A DNA stretch of 64,000 nt from the NCBI GenBank assembly GCA_900540335.1, contig UQFC01000001.1, positions 14,178-78,177 on the forward strand, written 5' to 3'. Position 1 is the first letter of the stretch; each line of letters starts with the position of its first letter. Below, one piece after another: positions 39,721 to 52,231 of the stretch. Under the pieces are notes generated by a model. That model was not told the DNA's origin. It saw only the letters and a program-made list of their open reading frames with translations, and did no database searches. Both the position numbers and the translations under genes were made by a program. The stretch comes from an uncultured Clostridium sp. GTDB taxonomy: Bacteria; Bacillota; Clostridia; Lachnospirales; Lachnospiraceae.

Positions 39721-40866
39721 TTATTTAAAGAATTTTCCTTTCCGCTTTTTTTCTTCCGGCTCCGGATGTTCGCCCTTCATAACCGCATCAAACCGGCGCA
39801 GGGCTTCCTTCTGCTCGTCAGTCATCCGCTCCGGCACCTGAACAACCAGAGTTACATAGTGATCGCCGCGAACATTGCGGTTTCTCAGTGACGGAACGCC
39901 TTTTCCTCTCAGGCGGACACGGGTATCCGTCTGCGTTCCTGCTTTCACCTCGTATTCTACCTCTCCGTCTACTGTGCGGATGCGGATCGGACCGCCCAAT
40001 GCTGCTGTAGCAAAGGAAATCGGAACTGTGGAGAAAATACTGGTATCTTGGCGCTTAAATACCGGATGCTGGGATACTACTGCCTCTACCAGCAGATCGC
40101 CCCGCTCTCCGCCATTGACACCCGGCTCTCCGCCGCCTGCGCAGCGAACGCTCTGCCCGTTATCAATACCTGCAGGAATGGTAACCTTGATTTTCTTCTT
40201 CCTGGTAACGTATCCGCTTCCGTAACAGTCCGGACATTTCTCCTTGATAACTTTTCCCTTGCCTCCGCACTCCGGACAGGTCTGCACATTCTGCACCTGG
40301 CCGAAGAAGGACTGCTGGGTATACATAATCTTTCCTTTTCCGTTACACTTGGGACAGGTTTCCGGAGAGGTTCCCGGCTTTGCTCCGGTTCCGTGGCACT
40401 TGCTGCACTCTTCTTTAAAATTGATCTCAATCTCTTTTTCACAGCCGAATACAGCTTCTTCAAAAGTAAGACGGATGGCAGCTCTTACATTGGCTCCCCG
40501 CATGGGACCGTTATACTGGCTGCTGCGGCTTCTTCCGCCTCCGAAAATATCACCGAAAATGTCACCGAAAATATCGCCCATATCTGCGCCGCTGAAATCA
40601 AAGCCGCCGAAGCCTGCGCCTCCGCCTGCTCCTCCTTCAAAGGCTGCATGACCGAACTGATCGTACTGTCTTCTCTTTTCCGGATCGCTTAACACACTGT
40701 AGGCTTCCGATGCCTCTTTAAACTTCTTTTCTGCCTCTGCATCTCCCGGATTACTGTCGGGATGATATTTCTTGGCAAGGGTACGGTATGCTTTTTTCAA
40801 AGCGGCTTCGTCCGCATTCTTCGGGACTCCCAGCACCTCATAATAATCTCTCTTACTCTCTGCCAT
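39721..40866 (-). CDS. dnaJ: Molecular chaperone DnaJ
   Basis: It has a J domain (HPD), a G/F-rich region, and four CxxCxGxG zinc-finger repeats. Confidence 0.95.
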   Translation of the reverse strand: MAESKRDYYEVLGVPKNADEAALKKAYRTLAKKYHPDSNPGDAEAEKKFKEASEAYSVLSDPEKRRQYDQFGHAAFEGGAGGGAGFGGFDFSGADMGDIFGDIFGDIFGGGRSRSSQYNGPMRGANVRAAIRLTFEEAVFGCEKEIEINFKEECSKCHGTGAKPGTSPETCPKCNGKGKIMYTQQSFFGQVQNVQTCPECGGKGKVIKEKCPDCYGSGYVTRKKKIKVTIPAGIDNGQSVRCAGGGEPGVNGGERGDLLVEAVVSQHPVFKRQDTSIFSTVPISFATAALGGPIRIRTVDGEVEYEVKAGTQTDTRVRLRGKGVPSLRNRNVRGDHYVTLVVQVPERMTDEQKEALRRFDAVMKGEHPEPEEKKRKGKFFK

Positions 40867-41062
40867 GATGGTTTCCTTCCTCTTTTTCTGTCAAATTGCC
40901 TTCCCGCATCATACGGTTGCCGCCCTGGCGGCCCTTTCCTTTATACGCCGAAACGGCTGTCGCCTTTCCCGGGCTGCCAGGAGCGGCCCCGGAAAAGCGC
41001 CAGCCTTTCCCGGCAGAAATCCCCTGCCCGGCTTTTGCCGGGCAGGTTCTCGTCATGCCTGA

Positions 41063-42949
<1,887 letters not shown>

Positions 42950-42977
42950 CTATACTAAATGAAATAATTGCTCAAAA

Positions 42978-43607
42978 TCAGTTTGCCACCTGTACCATGC
43001 TGTGGCGAACCACGGTACCACGATACTTGTAGCCCTTTAACAGTTCCTGGGAAATCTCATTCTCCCCGAAATTCTCATCATCTATATGCATCACTGCATT
43101 GTGGATATTCGGGTCAAACTGCTGTCCCACTGCCTCGATTGCTTCTACACCGGCATCCTCCAGCGTTTTCACAAACTGCTTATAAATCATTTCTACGCCT
43201 TCGGCGAAGGAAGAACCCTTCACATCCTCCGGCACGGCTGCCAGCCCCCGCTCGAAATTGTCAAGCACAGGCAGAATCTTTTCGATAATGTCTCTTGCTC
43301 CAATCTCATACATAGAAGCCTTTTCTTTTTCTGTCCGCTTGCGGAAGTTATCAAACTCAGCCATCTGCCGTTTCAGGCGATCCTGCAGTTCTTCTATCTG
43401 AACATCCTTGGAATCCTTTTTGCTGCCGGACTGGGATGTATGGTCACCGGCTGTCTCCTCAGCGCCCTCTCCGTTTCCGGCGTCCTGCGCTGCCTGATTC
43501 TCCATATGTTCTTCGTTCTCTGTCTCCGGTGCCTTTACCGCATCCTCTGCGGTCTCCGGCTCCTGCTGACAGGAGTTCTTTTCTTCATTCTTATTATCCT
43601 GATTCAT
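42978..43607 (-). CDS. grpE: Nucleotide exchange factor GrpE
   Basis: The 209-aa ORF has a GrpE coiled-coil and beta-sheet domain with an acidic N-terminus. Confidence 0.92.
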   Translation of the reverse strand: MNQDNKNEEKNSCQQEPETAEDAVKAPETENEEHMENQAAQDAGNGEGAEETAGDHTSQSGSKKDSKDVQIEELQDRLKRQMAEFDNFRKRTEKEKASMYEIGARDIIEKILPVLDNFERGLAAVPEDVKGSSFAEGVEMIYKQFVKTLEDAGVEAIEAVGQQFDPNIHNAVMHIDDENFGENEISQELLKGYKYRGTVVRHSMVQVAN

Positions 43608-43613
43608 GGTCTA

Positions 43614-44651
43614 TCACCTTTCCTCATTTTTAAACGTGGCATCCAGCTGCTTCATCAGATTCTTCAGAATGCCGAGAACCTTTTCGTAGTCCATCCGCTT
43701 GGGACCGATGATACCGATGGTTCCCCGGATTCCCTCGCCCAAATCATAATTTGCTGTAACTACGCTGCAGTCCTTCATCGTCTGAACCGGAGTTTCATTT
43801 CCGATATAAACCTGAATTCCTGTCTCATCGGAAGCTTCATTCACATCTGTAATCAGCTCCTGAAGCACATCCTTCTGCTCAAAAGCCTTTAAAAGCTCGC
43901 TTGCCCGATCTCCATCGCTTAACTCCGGGTACTTGAAAATGTTGGTAGCTCCGCTGGTATAAATCTGCAGGTCCTCCTCATCAGCCCGGATGGCCCGTGC
44001 AACCTCTGTCAGCACCGTATCCACCAGACCGCTGTGCGCTCCTGCCTGCTCCTTCAGCCGGCTGATCACATCCAGGTTGATTTCCTCAATGGTCAGTCCG
44101 TTTAAGGCGCTGTTCAGAAGAATGTTCAAATTCAGCAGTTCCTCCCGGCTGATGTTCCTTGGAACATCTACCATGGTGTTCTTAATCAGGTTTCCCTCTA
44201 CCACTGTAACAATCAGAAGCTTCCTGTCATCCATCATGGAAAGCTGGATAAACTTCAGTTTGTTTCTGTGATACTGAGGGCCGCTGATCAAAGCTGCGTA
44301 ATTGGTGTTTGCCGCCAAAAGCTGTGCAAGCTTCTTCAGTACCAATTCTACCCGGTCAACCCGCTGAATCATCAGCTCCTTGACCTCTGTCACTTCCTGT
44401 TCTTTCTCCTGCATAATCTGATCTACATAGAAGCGATACCCTTTATCCGAAGGAATCCGCCCTGCTGATGTATGAGGCTGCAGGATATATCCCATCTCCT
44501 CCAAATCAGACATCTCATTGCGGATGGTCGCAGAACTCAGCTTCAAATCCGTATACTTGGAAATGGTTCTCGAACCAACCGGCTCTCCCGTCTCCAGATA
44601 AGTTTTGATGATTGCTTTTAATATTATAATCTTTCTCTCATCCAGCTCCAT
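43614..44651 (-). CDS. hrcA: Heat-inducible transcription repressor HrcA
   Basis: The 345-aa ORF has an N-terminal winged HTH. It is the first gene of hrcA-grpE-dnaK-dnaJ and has a GAGGAGG RBS. Confidence 0.92.
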   Translation of the reverse strand: MELDERKIIILKAIIKTYLETGEPVGSRTISKYTDLKLSSATIRNEMSDLEEMGYILQPHTSAGRIPSDKGYRFYVDQIMQEKEQEVTEVKELMIQRVDRVELVLKKLAQLLAANTNYAALISGPQYHRNKLKFIQLSMMDDRKLLIVTVVEGNLIKNTMVDVPRNISREELLNLNILLNSALNGLTIEEINLDVISRLKEQAGAHSGLVDTVLTEVARAIRADEEDLQIYTSGATNIFKYPELSDGDRASELLKAFEQKDVLQELITDVNEASDETGIQVYIGNETPVQTMKDCSVVTANYDLGEGIRGTIGIIGPKRMDYEKVLGILKNLMKQLDATFKNEER

Positions 44652-44678
44652 TCTGACGGCCTCCTCTCTTTTGGGTTA

Positions 44679-44705
44679 TTAGCACTCGTGAGTGAGGAGT
44701 GCTAA
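44679..44705. promoter_or_regulatory. CIRCE operator (TTAGCACTC-N9-GAGTGCTAA)
   Basis: It is a perfect consensus inverted repeat located 28 nt upstream of the hrcA start codon. Confidence 0.95.
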
Positions 44706-44970
44706 CATCTGTGTTTAATATACTTTAAGCCAACACATTTGTCAAGGGTTTTTCAAAAAAACTTTCAAAAATGGAAGGTTCTTTCTTCCTTTCTCTTTCT
44801 GCCTTCCGGCAGCGGCCGGGGAGAAACATACCGGGCATCAAAACCTCCATTTACAGTGTCATATTTTTGTAATAAATTGTTGACATTTAACATTTTTGTA
44901 ATATATAATAAGACCTGTGCAGCAACTCATTGACAATCGTATTTTCAGATGTTTGAGAGGTAACTGAGCA

Positions 44971-45456
44971 ATGAAAAAAATGATATTTCAGAATCTGTTC
45001 CGGCTTTCCGCCGCTGTCGTATGCACCCTGTCCCTGAGCATTTCCGCCTGGGCTTCCACCGAAACTTCTTCTATTGTTATATGTGGTTCAGAATCTTCTG
45101 AAGAAGAGGATGAAGTTATTTTAAGCGAAACTCCGGAAGATATTCAGGATACGGTGGGCGAATTTGTGTCTCTCGGCATGTTTACCACAACCGGTTACTG
45201 CAACTGCGAACAATGTTCCGGCGGCCACAGTCTCACCTATGCCGGCACAGTGCCCCGGGCAGAACACACACTTTCTGCTGATCTGAATCTGTTTCCTATT
45301 GGCACACAGCTTATGGTAGACGGGATTATCTACACAGTTGAAGATATGGGTTCCTCTGTAAACGGCAATATAATCGATATTTTTTACGACTGCCACCAGG
45401 ATGCCGAGGCCCACGGCATGCAGATTCAGGAGGTTTTTGCAATTCCTTCCTGCTGA
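44971..45456 (+). CDS. Secreted 3D-domain protein (MltA/RlpA-like cell-wall-binding/lytic domain)
   Basis: The 161-aa ORF has a signal peptide, an acidic linker, and a 3D domain (GxTASG-like core and DxGxxxxGNxIDIFxD). Upstream are TTGACA...TATATAAT promoter-like sequences. Confidence 0.75.
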   Translation: MKKMIFQNLFRLSAAVVCTLSLSISAWASTETSSIVICGSESSEEEDEVILSETPEDIQDTVGEFVSLGMFTTTGYCNCEQCSGGHSLTYAGTVPRAEHTLSADLNLFPIGTQLMVDGIIYTVEDMGSSVNGNIIDIFYDCHQDAEAHGMQIQEVFAIPSC

Positions 45457-45799
45457 AGAAAACTCTCAATCCAATTCCATACATACAAGATATAGTGCGA
45501 GCGGATACCATATATAGGTTTTCCGCTCCTTTTTTACGCATTTTGTTGACAAATGAAAAAAAATATGTAAAATAGGGACTTGTTGCTCATATATTACAAA
45601 TTTGTTACATATATTTAGATTGTATGAAACTTTTGTTGATTTTTTGTTTTGCAGCTATCTGCCGCAAAACCTCGTAGCAAATTCCGGTAACATTTGACCC
45701 TGTAAAGCTTCAGAAGCCAGACGCTTCTCACCCGCCTCAAACAGGCAGAACGATGCAGGATATCACTGTTCCGGTCTGAGCAGGAAAGGATTGATTATT

Positions 45800-46546
45800 A
45801 TGTTGAAAAACAACACGATTTTTGCAACACTTGGACTTGCCTTCTGTCTTCTCTTCGGAGGTGCTTTTACCGCCTACGGCAGCCAGCCTGCCAACGGCTT
45901 CTTTGACGCCTTCGAGGGAAATACGATTGTGGGATGGGGCTGGGATTCTTCCACTCCCAATACTGCAGTTCCGGTACATGTGACTGTAACCAACAAGGAA
46001 TCCGGCGAAGTAGTCGGTGATTTCAAGCCCACAGCCGGTACCTTCCGTCAGGACTTAAAAGAAAACGGAATCGGCAACGGAAACCACGGCTTCCGCATTC
46101 CCATGGACTGGGACAGCCTTCCCGACGGTTCCTATGAGATTCAGGGCTGGATTGAAGGCCAGGAGTTTGAAAACACCAAGACCTATGTAAAAGGCGAGGC
46201 TGCTCCGGCTGAGGAGACTGCTCCGGCAGCAGAAAAGCCCCAGCAGAATTCCGGAATGCGTTCTCTGGGCCTGTTCCGTACCACAGCCTACTGCCCCTGC
46301 TACAAATGCTCTGAAGGCTGGGGACGCCGCACCTCCAGCGGTGCCATTGCCCGCTCCGGTCATACCATCGCCGTAGATCCCCGGGTCATTCCCATGGGCT
46401 CCAAGGTCATGATTGGCGGTGTGATTTATACAGCAGAGGACCGGGGAGGCGGTGTCAAGGGAAATCACATTGATATCTTTTACGACACTCACGGTCAGAC
46501 CCGTCAGCACGGCTCCTTTATGCAGGAAGTATTCCTGGTACAGTAA
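45800..46546 (+). CDS. Secreted 3D-domain protein with an N-terminal Ig-like/carbohydrate-binding-like domain
   Basis: It has a signal peptide and a roughly 130-aa beta domain, and its C-terminal 3D domain is a paralog of the upstream gene (TTAYCPCYKCSEGWG...GNHIDIFYDTH). I placed the start at the ATG at 45800, which follows AGGAAAGGA. The ORF-track start at 45791 is a TTG. Confidence 0.75.
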   Translation: MLKNNTIFATLGLAFCLLFGGAFTAYGSQPANGFFDAFEGNTIVGWGWDSSTPNTAVPVHVTVTNKESGEVVGDFKPTAGTFRQDLKENGIGNGNHGFRIPMDWDSLPDGSYEIQGWIEGQEFENTKTYVKGEAAPAEETAPAAEKPQQNSGMRSLGLFRTTAYCPCYKCSEGWGRRTSSGAIARSGHTIAVDPRVIPMGSKVMIGGVIYTAEDRGGGVKGNHIDIFYDTHGQTRQHGSFMQEVFLVQ

Positions 46547-46769
46547 TCTGAAAATCAATAACAAATAGAAGAGAAAGTACCGCTGAATGGTCTGTTTCAT
46601 ACAGACTTCTCAGCGGTACTGTTTTGTTTGTAGTATCTGGAATGCTTTCATATCATCGAGCTCTTGCTTTTTCCCCCTGGTACAGGTCTGCTCCCTCCTA
46701 TGGCAGATATAAAAATTCAGAAACCTGTTCCCCCTTTTAAGTTTAGTCTAAAATTTCTTTCTCTGGAAT

Positions 46770-47179
46770 TGTGCAAAACCTGACTTTTCCTCTCATAATG
46801 CAAAAACTTGACTTCGGTTTGTGCAGAATCCGGCTTTTTCCTCTGAAAATGCAAAATCTTCGCCCCAGTTTGTGCAGAATCTGACCTTTTCCTCCGAAAA
46901 TGCAAAATCTTCGCCCCGGTTTGTGCAGAATCCGGCTTTTTCCTCTGAAAATGCAAAATCTTCGCCCCGGTTTATGCAGGATTCGGCTTTTTCCTTTGAA
47001 AATGCAAAATCTTCGCCTCGGTTTGTGCAGGATCCGGCTTTTTCCTTCAAAAATGCAAAATCTTGGCTTCGGTTTTTGCAGGATCCGGCTTTTTCCTCCA
47101 AAAATGCAAAATCTTCTTCCTGTTTTTTGCAGGATCCGGCTTTTTCCTTCGAAAATGCAAAATCCCCACAGAGGTCCCT
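46770..47179. repeat. Eight copies of a degenerate 51-bp tandem direct repeat (consensus GTGCAGAATCCGGCTTTTTCCTCTGAAAATGCAAAATCTTCGCCCCGGTTT)
   Basis: The GTGCAG/TTGCAGG anchor recurs at 46821, 46872, 46923, 46974, 47025, 47077 and 47128, plus a degenerate copy at about 46770. Each unit contains two related half-units, TGCAGAATC and TGCAAAATC. All six frames are 'open' only because 51 is a multiple of 3. Confidence 0.85.
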
Positions 47180-47413
47180 ACAGAAATAGGCTGTATATAA
47201 ATAATTCAGCCATGTATCTTCTTGCCTGCTCACAGTGAACAAGACGCATCGGATGTCCGCTCTATGAAAATCCAGGCAGAAAACCTCTTATAAAAATAGT
47301 CCTTCAATCCACAAAATTCCGCCTGGAAGCTTTCACTAATGGCGAAAAAGAATATACCTTGGCACATCCTCGCAGAGCATTTTTGTGTCACAGAATGAAC
47401 GTTCTTATGATAC

Positions 47414-47455
47414 AAAAAAGCCAGACCAGGTCCATGAAAGAACCTGTGGTCTGAC
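47414..47455 (-). terminator. Intrinsic terminator about 240 nt downstream of argH
   Basis: On the minus strand, CAGACCACAGGT-loop-ACCTGGTCTGGC is followed by TTTTTTGT. Confidence 0.55.
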
Positions 47456-47549
47456 TTCTGTTTCTTATCTTTTCTTATTTTTAAGCTTTTCTCAACAGAG
47501 TACGTATTCTCTCTCCGGTATTCTGCATCCAGTAAACCGCCTCGTAGAT

Positions 47550-47668
47550 TCCGCTAAACTTTCACGGAGCTTCCGCTAAACCTCCACTGAACTTCCACTG
47601 AACTTCCACTAAGCTTTCATAGGGTTTCCTCTAATCTTCCATTAAACTTCCATAAAGCCTCCGCTTCC
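47550..47668. repeat. About ten copies of an 11-bp periodic degenerate repeat ((A)ACTTCCACTGA-like)
   Basis: The run reads CCGCTAAACTT / CCGCTAAACCT / CCACTGAACTT / CCACTGAACTT / CCACTAAGCTT / TCATAGGGTTT / CCTCTAATCTT / CCATTAAACTT / CCATAAAGCCT / CCGCTTCCC. It lies between the argH stop and its terminator. Confidence 0.75.
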
Positions 47669-47689
47669 CATTCTATGTCTGTTTTTGTT

Positions 47690-49069
47690 TTACGCCTCTT
47701 CCTCCAGACGTTTTCTGTAAATCTCAATTACCTTCTTCATGGCCTCCTGTCCGGGAGCGCCGATGGTTACACGCTTTTCCACACAGGTCTTCATGCTGAT
47801 GGCCTCGTAGATATCCTCCTCAAACACAGGGCTGATAGACTGAAACTCCTCCAGAGTCATATCATCCAGGGCAATTCCCCGGTCAATACAGAACAATACC
47901 AGCTGTCCTACAATTCCATGGGCATCCCGGAAGGGAACTCCGTGATTCACCAGATAGTCAGCAGCATCTGTGGCATTGGTAAAGCCGTTTTTCGCGCTGC
48001 TTTCCATCACTTCTTTATTAAATGTCATTGTGGAAATCATTCCGGTAAACAAAGCCAGACTTCCCTTTACCGTATCAATGGCATCAAAGGTCAGCTCCTT
48101 ATCCTCCTGCATATCCTTATCGTAAGCCAGAGGAATTCCCTTCATAACCGTAAGCATGGACATCAAAGCCCCGTACACACGGCCTGCCTTTCCGCGAACC
48201 AGCTCTGCAATGTCAGGATTCTTCTTCTGAGGCATAATGCTGCTTCCTGTGCTGTAGGCATCGTCCAGCTCCACAAACCGGTATTCATTGCTGTTCCAGA
48301 TAATAATTTCCTCGCTGAAACGGCTTAAATGCATGGCAATCACAGACAGGGCAGATAAAAGCTCAATCACATAATCCCGATCGGAAACAGAATCCATACT
48401 GTTTAATGTAGGGCCATAAAATCCAAGAAGCTCTGCCGTATATTCTCGATCCAGGGGATAGGTGGTTCCTGCCAGAGCTCCGGAGCCCAGCGGACAGTAA
48501 TTCATCCGCTCCCGGATATCATGAAGACGTCCCCGGTCTCTGGAAAACATTTCAAAATACGCACCTACATGATGGGCCAGAGTAACCGGCTGCGCCTTCT
48601 GCAGATGGGTAAAACCAGGCATAAAGGTATCCGTATTCGCCTCCATAATTGCCAGAAGCTCCTCTAAAAGCTTCCGGACCAGTCCGTCCAGCTCGTCAAT
48701 TTCATCACGGCAGTAAAGCTTCATATCAAGAGCCACCTGATCATTGCGGCTCCGGCCTGTGTGAAGCCTTTTTCCTGCATCACCAATGCGTTCAATCAGA
48801 TTGGCCTCTACAAAGGAATGAATATCCTCATGCTCCTTTGTAAATTCCAGCTTTCCGGATTCAATATCTACCAGAATTCCCTTCAGTCCGCCGATAATAG
48901 CCTCCCGATCCTCCTCTGACACAATTCCCTGCTTTGCCAGCATCGTCACATGAGCAATGCTTCCCTGAATATCCTGATGATAAAATTTCTGATCAAAGGA
49001 CAGAGATTCATTAAAATTGTGTACCAGCTGATTCTCTTTCTTCGTAAAACGTCCTCCCCACAGCTTCAT
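47690..49069 (-). CDS. argH: Argininosuccinate lyase
   Basis: It belongs to the fumarate lyase family ([12 protein letters not shown] signature). I placed the start at the ATG at 49069 (MKLWGGRF), which follows AAGGAGA. The ORF-track N-terminal 94-aa extension is spurious. Confidence 0.92.
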   Translation of the reverse strand: MKLWGGRFTKKENQLVHNFNESLSFDQKFYHQDIQGSIAHVTMLAKQGIVSEEDREAIIGGLKGILVDIESGKLEFTKEHEDIHSFVEANLIERIGDAGKRLHTGRSRNDQVALDMKLYCRDEIDELDGLVRKLLEELLAIMEANTDTFMPGFTHLQKAQPVTLAHHVGAYFEMFSRDRGRLHDIRERMNYCPLGSGALAGTTYPLDREYTAELLGFYGPTLNSMDSVSDRDYVIELLSALSVIAMHLSRFSEEIIIWNSNEYRFVELDDAYSTGSSIMPQKKNPDIAELVRGKAGRVYGALMSMLTVMKGIPLAYDKDMQEDKELTFDAIDTVKGSLALFTGMISTMTFNKEVMESSAKNGFTNATDAADYLVNHGVPFRDAHGIVGQLVLFCIDRGIALDDMTLEEFQSISPVFEEDIYEAISMKTCVEKRVTIGAPGQEAMKKVIEIYRKRLEEEA

Positions 49070-49095
49070 AATCCAGTCTCCTTTATTTTGCGTTT

Positions 49096-52000
49096 TTATC
49101 TTGCCGGCCGGTTCTTTTCCGCCCGCTCTTCGTATTCCAGTTCCTCCTGATACCGGCTCCAGTATCTTCCGCCTGCAGCTATCAGGCAAAGCACAACCAG
49201 GCTTCCAAGAGAAATCATCCATCCGGGCTTCAGTCCTTTTGGATTGTATTGCATGGAAATCATATGACTTCCCGGCGTCAGCCTCACACCGATAAATGCA
49301 TCCAGCATCTTTTCCGGCGGCTGCTCCACACCGTCCACAGTGATTCTCCATCCCTCATCATAGGGAATGGTTGTCATCATCAGACCGCTTTCCCCACAGG
49401 AAATACTTCCCTCCAGAGAGGTGTCTGTCCAGCTGCTCAAAACCCATGAATGGGCAGACAGCTTCTCATACACAGCCTTCAGGCCGTTTTCTGAAAACCG
49501 GTATACATCCGCCCAGAAATCGCTGCCCTCTTCTGCCTCCAGAACCACTTCCTCTCCGGCTTCACAGTATCCCAGCTCCACCAGATAGCCTCTGTCCGTA
49601 TTATCAAAGGTTTCGGTTCCCTTCCAGGTCGTGGCTTTTACTTTTTTAACCGACTTTCCTCCGGTATAGGCGTAATACTCTCCTCCGGTCTCCGGAGTAA
49701 AGGTCACCTTTTTCCCGTCAGAAACCGTATCCAGCACCATAACCAGCACCGGCTCTGTATTCAGAGCAGAGGTCAGATTATTCTGGACATCTGCCGGCTT
49801 TCCTGCATCCAGATTCCACTGTTCTTCAAAATCAGACTCCACCCAGAATCCCAGAGGAAGCGTATAGGTGTTTTCACAAAGCCATACCCCGTCATCCTCA
49901 GCCTCCACCGTTCTCAGTTCCGACGGATCCGGCTGTTCCGAATACAGACCGTATTTCACAGAAAACAGCGAATCTACCAGAGGAGTTCCCCCGGTAATGC
50001 TGTATGCGTTTGTAGAGCTTTCACATCCCAGCTTCTTAAACAGTCTGGATAAATCTGCATTTGCTGTTGAAGAAAACAGAGACACTGACGGGAAATGCAT
50101 CCAGGCTCCGTCATTTTTCGTTTTTCTGTTTACCTTTTCCATACGGAAAAAGGTTTTGTTGGGCTGTACCGAATCCACCAGCCGCTCTACAGCCTGGTTA
50201 TCTGCCGTGTAAGCCGTTCTGCTGGTAGTGGTCACGCTGGTCACAGTCATATTTACTGCCGCCTCAATCGAAACCACAATCAGCGCCAGAAGCGTTGCCA
50301 GGGTCTGATACCTGATTCCCTTCTTATATAAATAAATCACGCCCAGATAGAGCGCCAGGAAAAGAATCGCCACATAGAATACAATAAAGTGGAAATGCTC
50401 TTCTGTTGTCAGCTTCTGTGCCAGAAGCGCAAAGACCACAGCTCCTGCAAATGCCCCGGTAATCTGTTTCCAGGGAATCTGCTCCAGATGCGTATAAGCC
50501 CGATAACAGGCTGACAGCACCAGGAAAATATAAATATAAGACTGACGGCAGGGCAGACTGTTGGGATAATGAAAGCCATGCCAGATAAAATTCAGAACAT
50601 TGATGGAAAAGCTGGCCAGGAAAAACAGCAGCAGCGTACAGGTCACAACCTTTTCCTTTGCCCGGATCTTACTGCAGGCCAGATACAGTACAAAAAACAT
50701 CAGAACTGCAACACCGCAGTAGAGATTCGGCCAATGATCCAGTCCAATCTCCGTTTCCACATTTCCAATATGACGGGCAAGCATATCAAAAATGGGAAAA
50801 TACTCGCTGACGGTTTTCGGGAAGCTTACATCTCCTGATGCCGTTGACTGCAGCACATAGATTTCCGGCAGAAGCACTGCCGCCGCCAGACCTCCGGCCA
50901 GAAGAGAATACACGGCAAACCGGAAGGTTCTTCCTATGAACTTCTCCCAGTTCATATCCTCGTCCAGAACCAGAAGAGCTCCGAAATACAGAACCATGAA
51001 AATACAGGTCATGATGGAAATATAGTAGTTGGACAAAATAGAAAGTCCCAGAGCCATGCAGTACATCAGGCCCTTTCCCTCCCGAACCAGCCGTTCCAGG
51101 CCAAGAACAATCAGGGGGAATAAAATAATGCAGTCCAGCCACATAATATTCCAGCTGTAGGCTGCCATATACCCGGACAGCGCATAAAAAATTCCGAAAA
51201 AGGCAATCCCAAAATCACGGGTATGGCAATGCTTTCTTAAATACCAGGCCATAGCCAGACCGGAAAGCCCTGTCTTTATGACAATCGAATACGTCATAAA
51301 TTCAATTACAAGACTTTTCGGACATAAAACCAGCAGCCAGTTTAAGGGGCTTGCCAGATAATAGGCATACAGGGCTGAAAAATTCACTCCCATTCCCACA
51401 TCCCAGCTGTAAAGCAGGCTTCCTCCATGTGTCAGCTTATACTGAAACTCAGAGAAAAACGGGGCATACTGGTGATACATATCGGTCCTGAGAAACGATT
51501 CTTCTCCAAAGGGAAAAATTCCTCTCTGAATAAAAATAATCAGCAGAACCATAACCGGAACAAAAAACGCAGCCAAAAGTCCGTCTCCCGGACGTATCAT
51601 CCCGCGTCCGGCCGTCCGGACTCCTGTCTTTTTTCGGGCAGGCGCATTTTTTTTCACCGGCTTCGGGGAAATCAGCTCCGGCCCCTTCTCCGGAATATTT
51701 CCACAGGAAGTTGTTTCATCAGGAATATTTCCACAGAAACTGCCGCCTGTTCCCGGCTCCTCTGTCTGAATCGTCCACTCCAGAGTTTCTTCGCTGCGGA
51801 TACTTTCTGATTCCTGTTCCTGCAATCCGCTTCTGTCGGTTTCCTCAAATTCCTCCAGAAAATCACTTCCGCTTTCTTCTGGAAATCCATCCAAAAGCAT
51901 CCCGTCTGCCTCATCCGGATAATTTCCGGATAACACCCGCTCCAGATCCTCGTCAAAATACTCATCCGGTATATCTTCATCTAAATAGGAATCTCCGGAA

Positions 52001-52218
52001 GCTGCCGTTTTCCAGGCCACATGGCGTTCTCTTTCCGAATTCCGGACTCCGCCGTTTTCATCTTTCCTTCGGCCCCCGGTTCCCCGCTTCTCCACCCGGG
52101 CCACTGCCGACTCCATCTCAGCCAGCAGCTCCTCCATCGGGCTCTTCTGTTTTTTCTCATTTGCCATAAGTAAATCCTCTAATTCTTTCGTAGTTCGGGC
52201 GATTTCCCCGTCTTTCAT
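49096..52218 (-). CDS. yfhO: YfhO-family membrane glycosyltransferase with a roughly 200-aa acidic cytoplasmic N-terminal extension
   Basis: About 14 transmembrane segments plus a C-terminal extracytoplasmic domain give a YfhO topology. The N-terminus is rich in E/D ([17 protein letters not shown]...). I placed the start at the ATG at 52218, which follows AAGGAGAAA. Confidence 0.75.
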   Translation of the reverse strand: MKDGEIARTTKELEDLLMANEKKQKSPMEELLAEMESAVARVEKRGTGGRRKDENGGVRNSERERHVAWKTAASGDSYLDEDIPDEYFDEDLERVLSGNYPDEADGMLLDGFPEESGSDFLEEFEETDRSGLQEQESESIRSEETLEWTIQTEEPGTGGSFCGNIPDETTSCGNIPEKGPELISPKPVKKNAPARKKTGVRTAGRGMIRPGDGLLAAFFVPVMVLLIIFIQRGIFPFGEESFLRTDMYHQYAPFFSEFQYKLTHGGSLLYSWDVGMGVNFSALYAYYLASPLNWLLVLCPKSLVIEFMTYSIVIKTGLSGLAMAWYLRKHCHTRDFGIAFFGIFYALSGYMAAYSWNIMWLDCIILFPLIVLGLERLVREGKGLMYCMALGLSILSNYYISIMTCIFMVLYFGALLVLDEDMNWEKFIGRTFRFAVYSLLAGGLAAAVLLPEIYVLQSTASGDVSFPKTVSEYFPIFDMLARHIGNVETEIGLDHWPNLYCGVAVLMFFVLYLACSKIRAKEKVVTCTLLLFFLASFSINVLNFIWHGFHYPNSLPCRQSYIYIFLVLSACYRAYTHLEQIPWKQITGAFAGAVVFALLAQKLTTEEHFHFIVFYVAILFLALYLGVIYLYKKGIRYQTLATLLALIVVSIEAAVNMTVTSVTTTSRTAYTADNQAVERLVDSVQPNKTFFRMEKVNRKTKNDGAWMHFPSVSLFSSTANADLSRLFKKLGCESSTNAYSITGGTPLVDSLFSVKYGLYSEQPDPSELRTVEAEDDGVWLCENTYTLPLGFWVESDFEEQWNLDAGKPADVQNNLTSALNTEPVLVMVLDTVSDGKKVTFTPETGGEYYAYTGGKSVKKVKATTWKGTETFDNTDRGYLVELGYCEAGEEVVLEAEEGSDFWADVYRFSENGLKAVYEKLSAHSWVLSSWTDTSLEGSISCGESGLMMTTIPYDEGWRITVDGVEQPPEKMLDAFIGVRLTPGSHMISMQYNPKGLKPGWMISLGSLVVLCLIAAGGRYWSRYQEELEYEERAEKNRPAR

Positions 52219-52231
52219 AACCGGTTTCTCC

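Noticed and set aside
46770-47179. The tandem repeat array considered as a CRISPR locus
   Set aside because: The entire 51-bp unit repeats with only point degeneracy. There are no unique spacers between conserved repeats, and no cas genes or leader are present.
46770-47179. The TGTGCAGAA cores as DnaA boxes (TGTGGATAA), marking an origin-like DnaA-box cluster
   Set aside because: Every copy has 2 mismatches to the DnaA box. No dnaA/dnaN genes or AT-rich DNA-unwinding element are nearby.
46717-47242. Four overlapping ORF-track ORFs (both strands) across the repeat, which could be read as a repeat-containing protein (EDFAFSEEKAGFCTNRG)n
   Set aside because: ORFs are open on both strands and in several frames only because the unit length is 3n. 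There is no ATG start (the putative start is TTG), no RBS, and no signal peptide or homology. The DNA-level repeat explains them.
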